DNA from: Antechinus flavipes
Lineage: Eukaryota
Direction: 5' to 3'
Length of the DNA: 64,000 nucleotides
Assembly (NCBI RefSeq): GCF_016432865.1
Contig: NC_067401.1
Span: 37,200,001 to 37,264,000, forward strand
Shown here: piece by piece, positions 13,701 through 27,520 of the stretch
How positions within the stretch are numbered: position 1 is the first letter of the stretch
Layout: each line of letters opens with the position of its first letter
Notes under the pieces: generated by a model
The model's database searches: none
What the model was told of the DNA's origin: nothing
What the model saw: only the letters and a program-made list of their open reading frames with translations
Program-made: the position numbers and the translations under genes

Positions 13701-15116
13701 GAGTTCTCCCTTTTCATTTTTAAGACTAACAATTTGATTTTCCTCTTTCCTTTTTTTAATCAGATTTACTAAGGGTTTGTCTATTTTGTTGGTTTTTTCA
13801 TAGAACCAACTCTTAGTTTTATTAATCAATTCAATAGTTTTTTTACTTTCAATTTTATTGATCTCACCTTTTACTTTTAGAATTTCAAGTTTAGTGTTTG
13901 ACTGGGGGTTTTTAATTTGTTCCTTTTCTAGCATTTTTAATTGCAAACCCAATTCATTGACCTTCTCTTTCTCTATTTTATACAAATAGGCCTCTAGAGA
14001 TATGAAATTTCCCCTTATTACCGCTTTGGCTGCATCCCATACATTTTGGTATGATGTCTCATTATTATCGTTTTCTTGGGTGAAGTTATTAATTATGTCT
14101 ATGATTTGCTGTTTTACCCAATCATTCTTTAGTATGAGATTATTTAGTTTCCAATTATTTTTTGGTCTACTTCCCCCTGCTTTTTTGTTGAATGTAATTT
14201 TCATTGCATCGTGGTCTGAAAAGGATGCATTTACTATTTCTGCCTTACTACATTTGAGTTTGAGGTTTTTATGTCCTAATATATGGTCAATTTTTGTATA
14301 GGTTCCATGAACTGTTGAAAAGAAAGTGTATTCCTTTCTGTCTCCATTACATTTTCTCCAGAGATCTATCATATCTAGCTTTTCTAGTATTCTGTTTACC
14401 TCTTTGACTTCTTTCTTATTTATTTTCTGGTTTGATTTATCTAATTCTGAGAGTGCAAGGTTAAGATCTCCCACTATTATAGTTTTACTGTCTATTTCTT
14501 CTTGCAGCTCTCTTAGTTTCTCTTTTAAGAATTTAGATGCTACCCCACTTGGTGCATATATGTTTAATATAGATAGTGCTTCATTATCCATGCTACCCTT
14601 TAGCAAGATATAGTGTCCTTCCTTATCTCTTTTAATTAGGTCAATTTTTGCTTTAGCTTGATCTGAGATCAGGATGGCTACCCCTGCTTTTTTGACTTCA
14701 CCTGAAGCATAGTAGATTTTGCTCCAACCTTTTACCTTTAACCTGCATGTATCTCCCCGCTTCAGGTGTGTTTCCTGTAAACAACATATTGTAGGATTCT
14801 GGCTTTTAATCCATTCTGCTAACCGCTTCCTCTTTATGGGGGAGTTTACCCCGTTCACATTTATGGTTAGAATGACCAATTCTGTATTACTTGCCATCTT
14901 GTTAACCCCGGTTTATGCTTTCCTCCCTTCTTTCCCCTTTCCCCCCCTTCCAAGTATTAAGCTTGTGAGCACCCCTTGTTTCTCACAGCCCTCCCTTTTT
15001 AGTGTCCCTCCCCCCGCCTTAGAGTTCCTCCCCCTATCTTACCCCTTTCCCTCCCAGTTCCCGTATTCCCTTCCGATTAGCTTATTCCTTCCCTTTCCAC
15101 TTTTCCCTTCTCACTT
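10721..15116 (-). mobile_element. Young LINE-1, 4.4 kb, truncated just 5' of ORF2 (no ORF1 or 5'UTR)
   Basis: Poly-T tail at 10721; 16-bp TSD TCAAACCATCAACCTT at 10705-10720 and 15117-15132; contains full ORF2. Confidence 0.97.
11067..14897 (-). CDS. LINE-1 ORF2p (endonuclease + reverse transcriptase + Cys-rich domain), 1276 aa, uninterrupted
   Basis: EN motifs (LTINVNG, CLQETH, VGDLN, SDH), RT motifs ([38 protein letters not shown]), C-terminal CWRGCG..HCWWSC. Confidence 0.97.
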   Translation of the reverse strand: MASNTELVILTINVNGVNSPIKRKRLAEWIKSQNPTICCLQETHLKRGDTCRLKVKGWSKIYYASGEVKKAGVAILISDQAKAKIDLIKRDKEGHYILLKGSMDNEALSILNIYAPSGVASKFLKEKLRELQEEIDSKTIIVGDLNLALSELDKSNQKINKKEVKEVNRILEKLDMIDLWRKCNGDRKEYTFFSTVHGTYTKIDHILGHKNLKLKCSKAEIVNASFSDHDAMKITFNKKAGGSRPKNNWKLNNLILKNDWVKQQIIDIINNFTQENDNNETSYQNVWDAAKAVIRGNFISLEAYLYKIEKEKVNELGLQLKMLEKEQIKNPQSNTKLEILKVKGEINKIESKKTIELINKTKSWFYEKTNKIDKPLVNLIKKRKEENQIVSLKNEKGELTTNEEEIRAIIRSYFAQLYANKFDNLNEIEKYLQKYSLPKLTEEEVNILNSPISEKEIEQTINQLPKKKSPGPDGFTCEFYQTFKEQLTPMLYKLFEKIGIEGVLPNSFYDTDMVLIPKPGRLKTEKENYRPISLMNIDAKILNKILAKRLQKIVTRIIHYDQVGFIPGMQGWFNIRKTISIIDYINNQTNKNHMIISIDAEKAFDKIQHPFLIKTLESIGINGLFLKIVRSIYLKPSVSIICNGEKLEPFPVRSGVKQGCPLSPLLFNIVLETLASAIRVEKDIKGIRVGNEETKLSLFADDMMVYLENPRDSTKKLLEIIHNFSKVAGYKINPHKSSAFLYITNKTQQQEIQREIPFRITVDTIKYLGIYLPKESQELYEQNYKKVSTQIKSDLNNWKNIKCSWIGRANIIKMTILPKLIYLFSAIPIRLPRKYFIDLEKITTKFIWNNKKSRISRELMKKKSNEGGLAVPDLKLYYKAAVTKTIWYWLRNRLVDQWKRLGSQDRIVNYSNLVFDKPKAPNFWEKNSIFDKNCWDNWKLVWQKLGMDPHLTPYTKIRSKWVYDLGIKNETINKLEEHRIVYLSDLWRRKKFVTKDELETITDHRIENFDYIKLKSLCTNKTNANKIRREATNWENIFTVKGSDKGLISKIYRELTQIYKKSSHSPIDKWSKDMNRQFSEDEIETITTHMKECSKSLLIREMQIKTTLRYHYTPVRLAKMTGKNNDECWRGCGKTGTLMHCWWSCERIQPFWRAIWNYAQKTIKMCISFDPAVFLLGLYPKEILKKGKGPVCAKMFVAALFVVARNWKMNGCPSIGEWLGKLWYMNVMEYYCSVRNDQQDEYREAWRDLHELMLSEMSRTRRSLYTSTTILYEDIF

Positions 15117-18100
15117 TCAAACCATCAACCTTAACAACCTAATGGTCTACTCTGGGAAATGAGTGTGAACCACTACATAGCATTTCCAATCCCTTTGTTT
15201 TTATCCACTTGCATTTTTGATTTCCTTCTCAGGTTAATTTTACCTTATTTCAAAGTTCGATTTTTCTTGTGCAGCAAAATAACTGTATGGATATGTATAC
15301 ATATATTGTATTTAACTTATACTTTAACATATTTAACATGTATTGGTCAACCTGCCATCTGAGGAAAAGTTGGAACAGAAGGTTTTGCAAGGGTCAATGC
15401 TGAAAAATTACCCATGTATACATCTTGTAAATAAAAAGCTATAATAACCCTCCCCCCCAAAAGAAAAAAAAACAATCTAATGGTCTGACCGATTGTGTCA
15501 CTATTCAATTATTTATTTATCCAATGACATTTGTGTCTGTCTCATTCTATGGACCAAGAAAGACTTTTTGGGACCAGTCCTGTGATGTCCCTAAAGTGAG
15601 TGATTCTTGGGTAAGGAAGCTTACTCTACCAATGCAGAAGAGTAGCCATTTTGAATTTTATAGTCTTATGGGGTTGCCTAGCGTACCGAGAGGTCTTGAT
15701 AAGAAAATTGTATAGCCAGGCTGTTAGAGGCAAGATTTGACCCAAAATCTGCTTGATTTGGAGGCCAACTCTCTATGTGCTATACAATATTGCTTCTTGT
15801 GCTAGGAATATAAAGAATATACAGCTCAGTTCCTGCCCTCAGAGAGCTTATATTCTATTTGGAGTTGGAGAGTAGAGAATAGCACAAATAGAGATAAATC
15901 TAGCATGAGGCAAAGAGTGGTGGTAATAAAAAGCATTTATTATGTAATAAATATATCAATATTATGTCAAACGAGAGACTTTAGGAAAATATGAAAGAGA
16001 GAATATTTGTAGCTAGATGTTGAAGAAAGGTTTCTTTCTGAGATGAGTCTCAAAGAAAATGAAGAATCCTGAAAAATCAACATGAACAGAGTATAAATTT
16101 CAAGCCAGGAAAAAGTTGTGTGAAAGTCCAGAGATGGGTGATGGCATGTCAAATTCAAGAAAAATAGTCTAGTTTGACCAAAATGTATAGAAAACAAAGG
16201 GAAGGAACATGAAATAAAATTTGGAAAGTAGTTTGGAACTGAATTGTGGAGGGTGTTAAATGCTGTACTAAGGAGTCTTTATTTTATCATAGATAAAATA
16301 AAGTAGGACATCATGAAGGTTTTTGAGTCCTCAGTCAGTCATTTATTAAGCACCTACTATGTGCCAGATTATGTGCTAAGCATTGAGGCAAAAACGGCAA
16401 AAGACAACCTCAGTTATCAAGGAGCTAACCCTCAAACTGTGTGTAAGAGGTGGGAGGAGATGACATGGTCAAACCTACATCTTAAAAAAATATATTTTGA
16501 CAAATGTGTGGAAAATTAACTGGAGAAAACAATGAAGTCATGAAGGCCACTTAAGAGGCTATTAAGAGAGTACACACAAGAGGTGATGATGATAGCTTGA
16601 ACTAGAGTGATATCAGTTTGAGTGGAGAGAAGAAGATGGATATGAGAGAGATTGTAAAAGTAGAATCAAAAAAACTTGGCAATTAATTGGATATCAGAGA
16701 ATAGACTCAAAGATGAGTCTTAGGAGTTCACCTTACACTTGTTGAGTTGGCAACAATGACAACAGATAAAAATGGTAAATGTGGGAGTTACTTGGGGATG
16801 CATAATGTTATTTGTTTTGTTTTGTTTTGTTTTAGATTATGCATGTACATTTGTCTTTTTCCATATGAGTTATGTTGGCAGAGAAAAATCAGAATAAAAT
16901 GAAAAAACCACGAGAAAGAAAAAAACAGAAGGAAAAAAGGTGAAAATAGTTTGCTTCTATGCACATTCAGTTTCCATGTTCTCTCTCTAAATGCAGGTGG
17001 CATTTTCCATTCAAAATCTATTGGAATTGCCTTGGATTACTGAATTACTGAGAAGAGCTAAGTCTATCTAAATTGATCATTATTCAATCTTGCTGTTACT
17101 GTGTACAATATTTTCTTGGTTCTGATCAGCAGAATAAATCTTTCCAGGCTTTTCTGAAATCAGTCTTTTCATCATTTCTTATGGAATCATAATATTGCAT
17201 TACATTCCTATACCCTAACTTATTCAGCTATTCCCTAGTTGCTGGGCACCCATTCAATTTTCAATTCCTTGCTACAACAAAAAGAACTGTTACAAACATT
17301 TTTGCACATGTGACTTCTTTTCCCTCTTTTATGATCTCTTTGAGATACAGATCCGGAAATGATACCGCTGCATCAAAGGGTATGCATGAAAAATGTTTGT
17401 AGCAGCCTTTTTGTGCTAGCAAAGAATTGGAAAATGAGTGGATGCCCATCAATTGGGGAATGGCTGAACAACTTGTGGTACATGAAGAGAATGGAATATT
17501 TTTTTTATTAAAAATGATGAGCAAACTGATTATAGAAAGGCCTAGAAAGATTTACATAAACGGATGCTTTGTGAAATAAGCAGAACCAGGAATACATTGT
17601 ATACAATAACAGCAAGAATATGTGATGATCAACTATGAAAAGCTTAGTTCTTCTCAGTGGTTCAGTGATCCAAAGCAATCCCAATAGTCTTTGGACAGAA
17701 AAAGCAATCTGCACCCAGAAAAAGAACTAAGGAGACTAAATGTAAATCAATACATGCTATGTTCACTTCTTTTTTTTTTTTTCTGCTTTTTTATGCAGAA
17801 CATGTCACCTTTCTCTTAATTTCCCTTTTCCAGTTGTTGATATCATCTTTTAATTCAGAGTCATCTTTAAAACAACAAAAAAAGTTTCATGATTTTTTTT
17901 TACATCAAAGGAAAAAAGTGACTCCCCTCACTCAAAAGAACCTCCCTTATTACAAAGAGATACAACCATGCACCATACACTGAATGAATCAAAAAAGGAT
18001 GTCTCATTCTCTATCTGCAGTCTAACGTGTCTCTTCTGAAAGGTGGATAAAATGGTATTCATTATTGAAATCATGATCTATCATTACTTTGATCAAAGTT

Positions 18101-18499
18101 TATAAATATTTCAATACTGTTTGTCTTTACATGTTATAGTCACTATTTAAATTCTTTTCCTGATTCTATTCAGTTTATTCTGCATAAGTTCATAGAAATC
18201 TTTCTGGGTAACTCTGAAATCATCTGGGGTGATTTCTTGTTATCATATAATCAAATTTATTGCAACCATATGTCACACTTTGCTTAGTCATTTACAAATT
18301 TCCTTTTACTTCCTTTGCTACTTCAAAGAAAATACTGCTAAAAATACTTTTGTATGTAGGGGAACTTTGACTCTGTCTGTGACCCCTTGTTGCATATGTC
18401 AAAAGTGCTAAGTCAAAAATCACTTTACTGGAATTTCTAGCATAATTTTAAATTGAACAGTTAGGATAAATTCATAGCTCCATGAATAATGTATCTGTT

Positions 18500-18648
18500 G
18501 GGGACAGCTAGGTGGCACAATGCATAGAGTACCAGCCCTGAAGTCAGGAGGATCTGAGTTCAAATCTGGTCTCAGATACTTAACACTTCCTACCTGTGTG
18601 ACCCTAGGCAAGTCACTTAACCCCAAGTGCCTCAGCAAAAAAAAAAAA
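18500..18648 (+). mobile_element. WSINE1-like marsupial SINE
   Basis: gggacagctaggtggcacaatgcatagag...ttcaaatc...gtcacttaaccccaagtgcctcagcaaaa; tRNA-type A/B boxes and A tail. Confidence 0.85.
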
Positions 18649-19333
18649 TTTTTTTTAAAAATTGATATTTGATTAGCAGGGAAGCAAAAAGCTGAAAAAC
18701 AAATTTTACAGCCAATGGTTCTGCTAAAGGTTTCATTTCTAAAAATGAGTCAAATTTATGAGAATGCAAGTCATTTTCCAATTAATCAAGTTAAAATTCT
18801 TAAGTCAAAGGATATGAACAATTTTCAGATGAAAAAAAATTAAGCATCTCTAATCATATGAAAAAATGTTCTAATTCATTATTGAGTAGAGCAATGCAAA
18901 TTAAAACAATTGTGAGGTACCACTTCACACATCAAATTGGCTAAGATAACAGGAAAAGATAATAATAAATGTTGGAGGGGATGTAAGAAAACTGGGACAC
19001 AAATGTATTGTTGGAAGAGCTGTGAACTGATCTAACCATTCTGGAGAGCAATTTGTAACTATTCCCCAAAGCCTACCAAACCATGCATACTCTTTTTTTC
19101 TGTTTATTTATTTTAATACATATTGTTTTATGAATTATGTTGGGAGAGAAAAATCAGAGAAAAAGGGGAAAAAACATGGGACCTAGCTGTCCCCAACAGA
19201 TACATTATTGATGACTTGCATTCTCATAAATTTGATTCATTTTTAGAAATGAAACCTTTAGCAGAAACATTGGCTGTAAAATTTGTTTTTCAGCTTTTTG
19301 CTTCCCTGCTAATCAAATGTCAATTTAAAAAAA

Positions 19334-19477
19334 TTATTTTTTGCTGAGGTACTTGGGGTTAAGTGACTTGCCTAGGGTCACACAGGTAGGAAGTGTTAAG
19401 TATCTGAGACCAGATTTGAACTCAGATCCTCCAGACCAGGGCTGGTACTCTATGCATTGTGCCACCTAGCTGTCCCC
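19334..19477 (-). mobile_element. WSINE1-like SINE (copy within the right arm of the inverted duplication)
   Basis: Reverse complement of the 18500-18648 SINE. Confidence 0.85.
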
Positions 19478-20699
19478 AACAGATACATTATTCATGGAGC
19501 TATGAATTTATCCTAACTGTTCAATTTAAAATTATGCTAGAAATTCCAGTAAAGTGATTTTTGACTTAGCACTTTTGACATATGCAACAAGGGGTCACAG
19601 ACAGAATCAAAGTTCCCCTACATACAAAAGTATTTTTAGCAGCATTTTCTTTGAAGTAGCAAAGGAAGTAAAAGGAAATTTGTAAATGACTAAGCAAAGT
19701 GTGACATATGGTTGCAATAAATTTGATTATATGATAACAAGAAATCACCCAGATGATTTCAGAGTTACCCAGAAAGATTTCTATGAACTTATGCAGAATA
19801 AGGTGAATAGAATCAGGAAAAGAATGTAAATAGTGACTATAACATGTAAAGACAAACAGCATTGAAATATTTATAAACTTTGATCAAAGTAAGGAAAGAT
19901 CATGATTTCAATAATGAATACCATTTTATCCACCTTTCAGAAGAGACACGTTAGACTGCAGATAGAGAATGAGACATCCTTTTTTGATTCATTCAGTGTA
20001 TGGTGCATGGTTTTATCTCTTTGTAACAAGGGAGGTTTTTTGAGTGAGGGGAGTCACTTGGAAATTCCTTTGAGGAAAAAAAATCATGAAACTTTTTTTG
20101 TTGTTTTAAAGATGACTCTGAATTAAAAGATGGTATCAACAACTGGAAAAGGGAAATTAAGAGAAAGGTGACATGTTCATAATTGAACATAGTGAATTTG
20201 CCAACATCCAGTTGGTCAAAGATGTCAAGAGAAGTTCAGAGTGAATGGATAGAGCTAAGAATTTTCTGAATGGAGGGAATAATTGAACGTAGTGGGGTAG
20301 ATGAGCTCACCAAAAGAAAGAATATAAAGAGAGAGGGCCTTGAGATAAGAGGAGGATAAAGAACCAGCAAAGGAGACTAGGGAAGGCTGGTCAGACAGGC
20401 AGGAGAACCAAGATTAAACAGTTTAGAGAAGTGAAGGGAGGAGCTAAAGTCACTATTGTTGAAAGCTAGAGAAAGAGGATGAGGGTTGAGAAAGGAGTGA
20501 TTAAAAAAAAAAAGCTTATTGCTAACCCTTAAAAAAAAATTTCAGTGCACTGATGGAGTTACCAGAGATTATAATTGATTGTGAGTAATCATTGAGGAAA
20601 TGTAGAGAGCCAGTGTATGCAATTCTTTCTGTGCATTTAGCAGTGAAATAAAGGAAAAATATAGGATGATAGCTTGAGGGAAATGCTAAAATCTTCTGA

Positions 20700-21580
20700 A
20701 TATCTTGTTTAGAAAAGAGGAGACCTAGCTCTTTGACAAAAATGATTAGAAAAACAGGACACTGTCAGAAAATGGGTTTAGAATAACACTGCATACCATG
20801 TACCAAGACAATTCCAAATGGATTCATGAGCCAGATATAAAAAGTCATATAAAAAATTGAAGAGAAAGGAAGAAATTCTATTAGGATTTATGGAGAGAGA
20901 AAAAATTCATGAATAAAGAAATGATTAAGAAGATAATGCAAGATCAAATGGAAAATATGAGTGAAATAAAATATTTTCCTTAAACAAATTAAATATAATT
21001 AAAATTATAAGGGACACTGGTAATTGGGAGGTAAAACAAAATGAAACCAAAAAATCCCCAAACCAAAACCAAACCCCAAAAACCTATCTTACAGCAGATT
21101 TTCCTGATCAAGTTCTTATAGCCAAGTTATTTAAGGAGCTGATTAAAATTTATGTACTAAAAGCTAGATATTCCTTAGAAAATAAATGCTCAAAAGATAA
21201 CAAAAGACAATTTTCAAAGGAAGTCATTAACAACCATATGAAAAAAATCTATCAGTCTCCATATGAAAAAAATTACCTAAATTTCTAATGATTGGAGAAC
21301 TGCAAATTTAGTAATTATGAGGTTCTAGCTCTCATGCACCAGACTGGCAAAGATGACACAGGAGGAAAATTATAGATATTGGAGGAGTTATAGAAAAACA
21401 GACATACTAGTACAGAAGTAATAGAACTGTGAATTGGTCCAGCCTTATGATAAGCAATTTGAAACTATGGCCAAAAGATTAAAAAAAATGTTACCACTCT
21501 TTGACCCATCTATGCCATTGCTAGGCTTACCAAAGAAAGAGGGAAAAAAAATCAAAATAAACAAAAATATTTATTGCACT
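20700..21580 (+). mobile_element. Old, degraded LINE-1 ORF2 3' fragment
   Basis: A-rich decayed sequence similar to the L1 ORF2 3' region; boundaries approximate. Confidence 0.6.
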
Positions 21581-21584
21581 TCTT

Positions 21585-22230
21585 TGTAATGCCAGAGAAA
21601 CTGAGGTGAATAGAGATTTATTAATTTTAATGTGGAGAGTATTTTTGAACAGGAATATGCTTCCAAGGCATTTGGTGCAGAGGAATTGAGGCAGAGTTTT
21701 TATAGGCTTTTAGCTAACTAGAGTTTAAAGCAGGCTACAGAAGCTGAGAATGCAATTCGTCTACATGTGCAGCTATTGTTATCTTTACTTCAAAGAAAGA
21801 GAAGGGAGAGAAGAATTAACTTGGCATTTATATTTCTTGGGGATTGTGGCTCAAGCCCTGCCAGAGAGGGAAGGAGGACCATTCTTGGATAGATAGAGAC
21901 TTTAATGAGGACTTAATTTTGAATCAGGGCAGGAGGCAAGATAACATAACTTGGTGTTTTTGTCCTTGACAATAACTCTATTCCCAGGATAATTTTGGAC
22001 AAGGAGTCAGAGTGATGGGCACCCGGATATTGTTTTTCTTTTCTATCTTTCATTGCGTTACAATGGCATGTTAAGGGAAGTTGGAGCCTCAAGGTTTAAA
22101 GTTTTCTTTTTAAACTCAATTTTCCCAAGTTTAATTGCACAAATGAAAAAGGTGAGCGAAGGGGTGTATGGCCTGCTTTCCAGAGCTCAACATGGGAAGA
22201 GGAGGTATGGCCTGCTATGAAGGCCCTAAC
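21585..22230 (-). mobile_element. Solo LTR-like element
   Basis: tgtaatgccagag...ccctaaca termini; AATAAA- and TATAAA-like motifs on the minus strand; near-matching 5-bp flanks. Confidence 0.5.
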
Positions 22231-22354
22231 ACTCTTCATAGTAGCAAAAAAAAAAGGGGGGGGGGAAACATTTCTTCTTCCAAGAGGAAAGGTATCTTTC
22301 TATTGGACTATGGCTAAATAAATTGTTATATAAATATAATTGAATAGTATTATG

Positions 22355-22790
22355 TTGAGGTTTGGGAAATGAGGATTGAGAGATCCCCTGACAGCAATGG
22401 GGTTCTCTGGCCAGTCACAGGCTTTTCAAAATAATTTGCAAACCCAGATGAATGAGGTGAGATTTGTGGGGGAAAATGGGTTTATTATACTAAGAAAACA
22501 ACTTTCTTAGTGGGCAAAATTCTGTTAGGATTTTTGCAAAGGTTTGGGCACACAGCCTTTGATTATATTGTATTTTTGTTGCCCCGAGCCAGGAAGCAAT
22601 TTGAGGGACTAATTTTTAATCCAATAGAAGATTATGTCTCTGGCCAAGATCTCTAAATGAAACGGAGGAGATTACTATCTGGGAGTTTCCCCTATGAACA
22701 GGAGGTGTTCTTCTCCCCCTCCCCCTTCCTCAGAGAGGTTTGAGATTTCTAACCCAGGACCACCCTTCCCCCCCAAGATCTCTGTTTACA
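22355..22790 (-). mobile_element. Second LTR-like element
   Basis: tgttgagg...tgtttaca termini; AATAAA on minus. Confidence 0.4.
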
Positions 22791-25700
22791 TCAATTATAT
22801 TGTGACATAATAAAAAAGAAATAAAGACAGGCTCAAATGGACAGTTTCAGAGGAACCTGGAAAGACCTCTATAAAATGATGCAAAGCAAAGTGAACAGAA
22901 CTAGAACATTTTATACACTGGCAAAAACATTAGAGAGAAAGGCAACTTTGAAAGACTTTTGAACTCTGATCAGTGAAAATGATAAACCCCAAATCCAGAA
23001 GCCTGAATATAAAACACGACTCTCAATCTCCTTTCAGAGCGGTGATAATACTTAAAATGTGAGAGAAAGATATATTTTTGGCTATTGGCCAAACAATGGC
23101 AGATTGTTTTGTAAAACTATATGTATTAACAATGAAGGAGGTGGAGGACATTAGTATGCATAGATTCTAAAATTATACACAAATGAAAATGGACATTTAT
23201 TTTTTTTAAAAAAGAAAGAGAAAATGAGAGCAGCTTTTTGTAGGCAGTAGGGAAAAATCCAATGAGCAGGGGTGGGGTGGAGAAAGTAGGGTGGTTAGTT
23301 GTGTATAGAGAGGAACTTAACTCCAATTCAAGCATCATAGTTTTCTTCCCAATTATCATTTCAATTAAATGGGTCTGTTTTTCTCTTTGCTGAAGCCATT
23401 ATATTTTGGGATATTTCCTTTTCTCTTCCCTCTCTACATTCCAAGTCCATGCTGAAACTTACAGTCAAACATTATAGTAGAACCTGAAGCCCCTTTAGCC
23501 TGTCTGGAAATGTTGAGTTCACCAATTAGCCCCTCCTGACTAACTTTTTAGGGACACCCCCGTCTCTCTTATGATTCAGATTCTGAGAGCTGCCATGAAT
23601 GAATTGAGGAAGGCAAGAAAAAAAAGGAAATGGAAAATGCTGTATCACAATCAGATAAAGGTGAAGAGGATCACTGTGGCCTGTGGGGGAGAGAGGTTAG
23701 GGGGCTCTAAGATGAAGCCTAGAAAAACTTAATTATCAAATCCTGTAGCTTCATCTTCTTTTCTTTTGTTACCTTTTAACATTGTTGATCACTGGCTCCT
23801 CCTGGACATTTGTTCCCTCCTTTGGTTCTCTGACATGATTCTAACATTGTCTCCCGTCTGTTGGACTCTCTTTCCTTGGTCTTCTTTGTTGGATCTTCAT
23901 CTTCTTATTCCTAAGGTTCTTGTCCTGGACTTTACTCTCTTATCTTTTTATATTCCTTATAACTTAGTATTCATCAGATCCAACTTCTTCCTTTTATAGA
24001 GGAGGAAACTGAGGCTCAGAGAGAAGTGATTTACTTAACATCACACAGATATTAAGTAGCAGAATCAGGAATAACCAATACTCTATTTGGACCTCAGTCT
24101 TATCTGAGAAACACCATTGTGACCAGACATTGATATAAACCTCATCTTTGTCTGGTAAAAGGACCTCCTACCAAAGATCTACCAGAATAGCAAGTGATAA
24201 ATAAAATACTGTGCTAAGATCTAGAACCCCACCCAACCCAAGAGGTTGGGTTTTTTCAGTTTAAATCTATTCAACAAGCATTATGTACTAGGGAGGTGCC
24301 AGGTAAAATACCAGGAACTGGAGATGCAACAAAAGATTCCCCATCTTAAAGTCTACATTCTTATATGGAATCACACATGGCCTAATGAAAAGAGAGCTGG
24401 ATTTGAAATGAGGGAACCTGGGTTTGCTCCCTTCCAAAGTAATTTCTTCACTCTGAAACTGTTTCCTCGTTGGGCTTGAAGGTCCTTTCAAGGGTATGGT
24501 CTTAGAGGTTAAATGGTCCAGAGATGAAATACTTTAAGATAACAATTGATTTACCTTGACCTCTGTCTGCCCCTCTCCCATGCTTGTCCTGGACCCTACC
24601 TGAGACTTTAGCTATATGACCTTGGACAGATTATCTCTCTATGTAATTTAGCTATTTCCACCTGAGGTGGAAATGGCCAATTCTAGAGTGGACGTTAGGT
24701 GACTTAAATCATAAGTCTTAATGAATTCAGTATGTCATTTTAGTCAAGCCTTGTCACATCTTAGTTGCATTACTTGACATAAAGGGGAATATGTATGCTG
24801 CTAACATGTTACTTCACAGGATTGTGGTGAGAATCAATTGTTTTGAAAAGCATGAAGTTCCATTCCAAATCCTAGTTCTGCCTCCCCCATGGACTGGCTA
24901 CATGATCTTGGGCAAGTTACCCAATCTATCTCTCCTGTCTACTTGATAAGCCTGTTGAGGACTCAAATCTTACCTATGTGACTTTGGGGAAGTAATTTGA
25001 TGTCTCAGTTTCCTTACCTATAAAACAAAGAAGTTGGATTAAATGACTTGAAGTCCCATAGAGCCCTAAGTACATGATCCCATGATTAGTCTATACTGCA
25101 AAGAGCTTTACAAATGATGAGTGCTTTAATTATTATTATATAGTTTTCATTTGTTGGTGCTGGTTGTTAGTGGATACTATGATGGTTCATTTCTTCCCTA
25201 CACTACATGGGGCTGTTGGGAGCATGATAAAACTTCCCTGGCAGATGTGAAAGTACTTGGGAAGAAAAATTCAAAGGGCTATATTGAGCTAGATGACTTT
25301 TAGGGTCCTTCCCTGGTTTAAGTGTGATGATCCTATGACTAAGAGTTCACATTTCAATGGAACTTTTTAAAGTCTGCAAAGTCATTTCCTCACAATAATT
25401 TCATGATGAAGACTTGAAGGAAGATGGTAGTTGTGTGACTGGAGAGGATACAATGCAAAAAGATATTGTGAAAAATATGGCAAATGATTAGATATAGTGG
25501 ATGAAAAGTTGAGGATGTCCCCAAGTTTGAGAACTTTGGTGACTGGAAAGATGATGATGCCTTTGACAAAAGCAGGGAAGTTTGGAAGTAGAGGGCTCCT
25601 TGGGAGAGGAAAGATAATGGGTTCTTTATGGGGCATGTTGAGTTTGAGATGTCTACCAGATATTCAAGTGAAGAGCTCTATGAGATAGTTAGTAGCAGAA

Positions 25701-26954
25701 GTAAAATTCTAGCTTTGCTCCCCTGACTCCCAATTTGGGGTTCTTTGTTCTTCTTCAAGATGATTTCCAAACCCGTGCCTTATAATGTTGGGAAAATTTG
25801 TTCTCCTTTAATACCTCAGTTTTCCCTAGCTATACAATTAGGATAGTGAGCTTTACAATAGATTTCCAGGTGTGTAAAAATAAATGAGACTTGGAAGAAA
25901 TGAGTGATTAGCTTAGAACTTCAGTGTGATTATAGTAGATTAACCTGGGTCTAGGAATTACATTTTTGTGCATTTCCTTTCTTATGTAATAAAAACAACA
26001 GTAATAGTAGCAACAGCAGACATTTCCAAAATGCTCTAAGATTTGCAAAGAGCTTATATTACTTATATCATCACATTTGAGCCTCACAATTCATTGAGGA
26101 AGTTAGCATGACTTATTATCACTATTATTATTCCCATTTTACAGATGTGGAACTTTAAGTATAGAAACATTAAGTCATAACATAACATAAAAAACTCCCC
26201 GCCATATTAGTTATTGGATTTGAATCTCAGACTTTCTGTCTCCAAGTCCAGTTTTCTTACCATTATATCATACTTCCTTTGCTTGAGGGGAAAAGGGCAG
26301 AAAATCCCCTAAATCTGGCTAGATTTGTGATTTGAATTTCTGACTGAAACTCAAGGCAAAAACAGAAGTCTTCTCTTGTTTCTTTGTGCTGAGTGACAAT
26401 CCTAAACTGAGGTTAGTTTCCTTCTCCCTGTTTCTGCATGAGTCAGGAGAATGTAGTGAGATCCTCTTTCCTTTTCTGTTTCTTTTCTCTCCCAGTCAGG
26501 CAGAATCCAGCTTCCTTCCAGTTCAGATCTAAGTTGCTTCTGTTTGCTCTAGCCTTTCACCTTTAGTTCCCTGTATTTTGAGGGACATTCTCTCTGGGGC
26601 TTCAGTCTGTAGTGGGGTCCCCAACCCCTTGACTTGGATTTCTGTAAATCCCATGTAGCTTAATTTTGGCAAGAGGATATTGGGAGTGGGGAAAAGAGAA
26701 AGAGAGACAAAAGAGAGAGGAAGAGAGAGGGGATGGGAGAGAAAAGAAACAGAAAAGGAAAGAGGATCTCACTACATTCTCCTGTATTTTGAGGGACATT
26801 CTCTCTGGGGCTTCAGTCTGTAGTGGGGTCCCCAACCCCTTGACTTGGATTTCTGTAAATCCCATGTAGCTTAATTTTGGCAAGAGGATATTGGGAGTGG
26901 GGAAAAGAGAAAGAGAGACAAAAGAGAGAGGAAGAGAGAGGGGATGGGGGAGGA

Positions 26955-27323
26955 NNNNNNNNNNNNNNNNNNNNNNNNNNNNNNNNNNNNNNNNNNNNNN
27001 NNNNNNNNNNNNNNNNNNNNNNNNNNNNNNNNNNNNNNNNNNNNNNNNNNNNNNNNNNNNNNNNNNNNNNNNNNNNNNNNNNNNNNNNNNNNNNNNNNNN
27101 NNNNNNNNNNNNNNNNNNNNNNNNNNNNNNNNNNNNNNNNNNNNNNNNNNNNNNNNNNNNNNNNNNNNNNNNNNNNNNNNNNNNNNNNNNNNNNNNNNNN
27201 NNNNNNNNNNNNNNNNNNNNNNNNNNNNNNNNNNNNNNNNNNNNNNNNNNNNNNNNNNNNNNNNNNNNNNNNNNNNNNNNNNNNNNNNNNNNNNNNNNNN
27301 NNNNNNNNNNNNNNNNNNNNNNN
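26955..27323. other. Assembly gap (369 N)
   Basis: Run of n. Confidence 1.
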
Positions 27324-27520
27324 AAAGAGGAGAGAGAGATGGAGGGAGAGAGAGAAGAAAAGGGAAGGAGAGAGAAAAGAGTCAGGAAGAGAGGGAGGGA
27401 GAGAGACAGAGAATGTCAGAGAGGCAGAGAGACACATACAGAGACAGAGAGAGGAGAAAGAGGGAGAGGAAAGGGGAGCAAAGGGAGAGAGGGAGGGAGA
27501 TATCAGTAGAAGGAAGGAGG
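27324..27520 (+). repeat. Purine-rich (GA/GGA)n low-complexity tract
   Basis: Directly visible; flanks the gap. Confidence 0.9.

Larger units (their letters stand above)
17798..20178. repeat. Inverted duplication: arms 17798-18774 and 19211-20178, 436-bp spacer
   Basis: Arms are reverse complements along their length (e.g. gaacatgtcacctttctcttaatttccc vs gggaaattaagagaaaggtgacatgttc) with scattered differences. Confidence 0.95.

Noticed and set aside
12754-15162. Plus-strand ORFs overlapping the L1 (also 358-582, 10994-11218)
   Set aside because: Antisense shadows of L1 ORF2 or the spacer; no independent protein features.
26571-26954. ~170-bp near-perfect tandem duplication (26571-26738 and 26781-26950)
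   Set aside because: Essentially identical copies directly abutting an N gap and a GA tract; most likely a contig-end assembly artefact.
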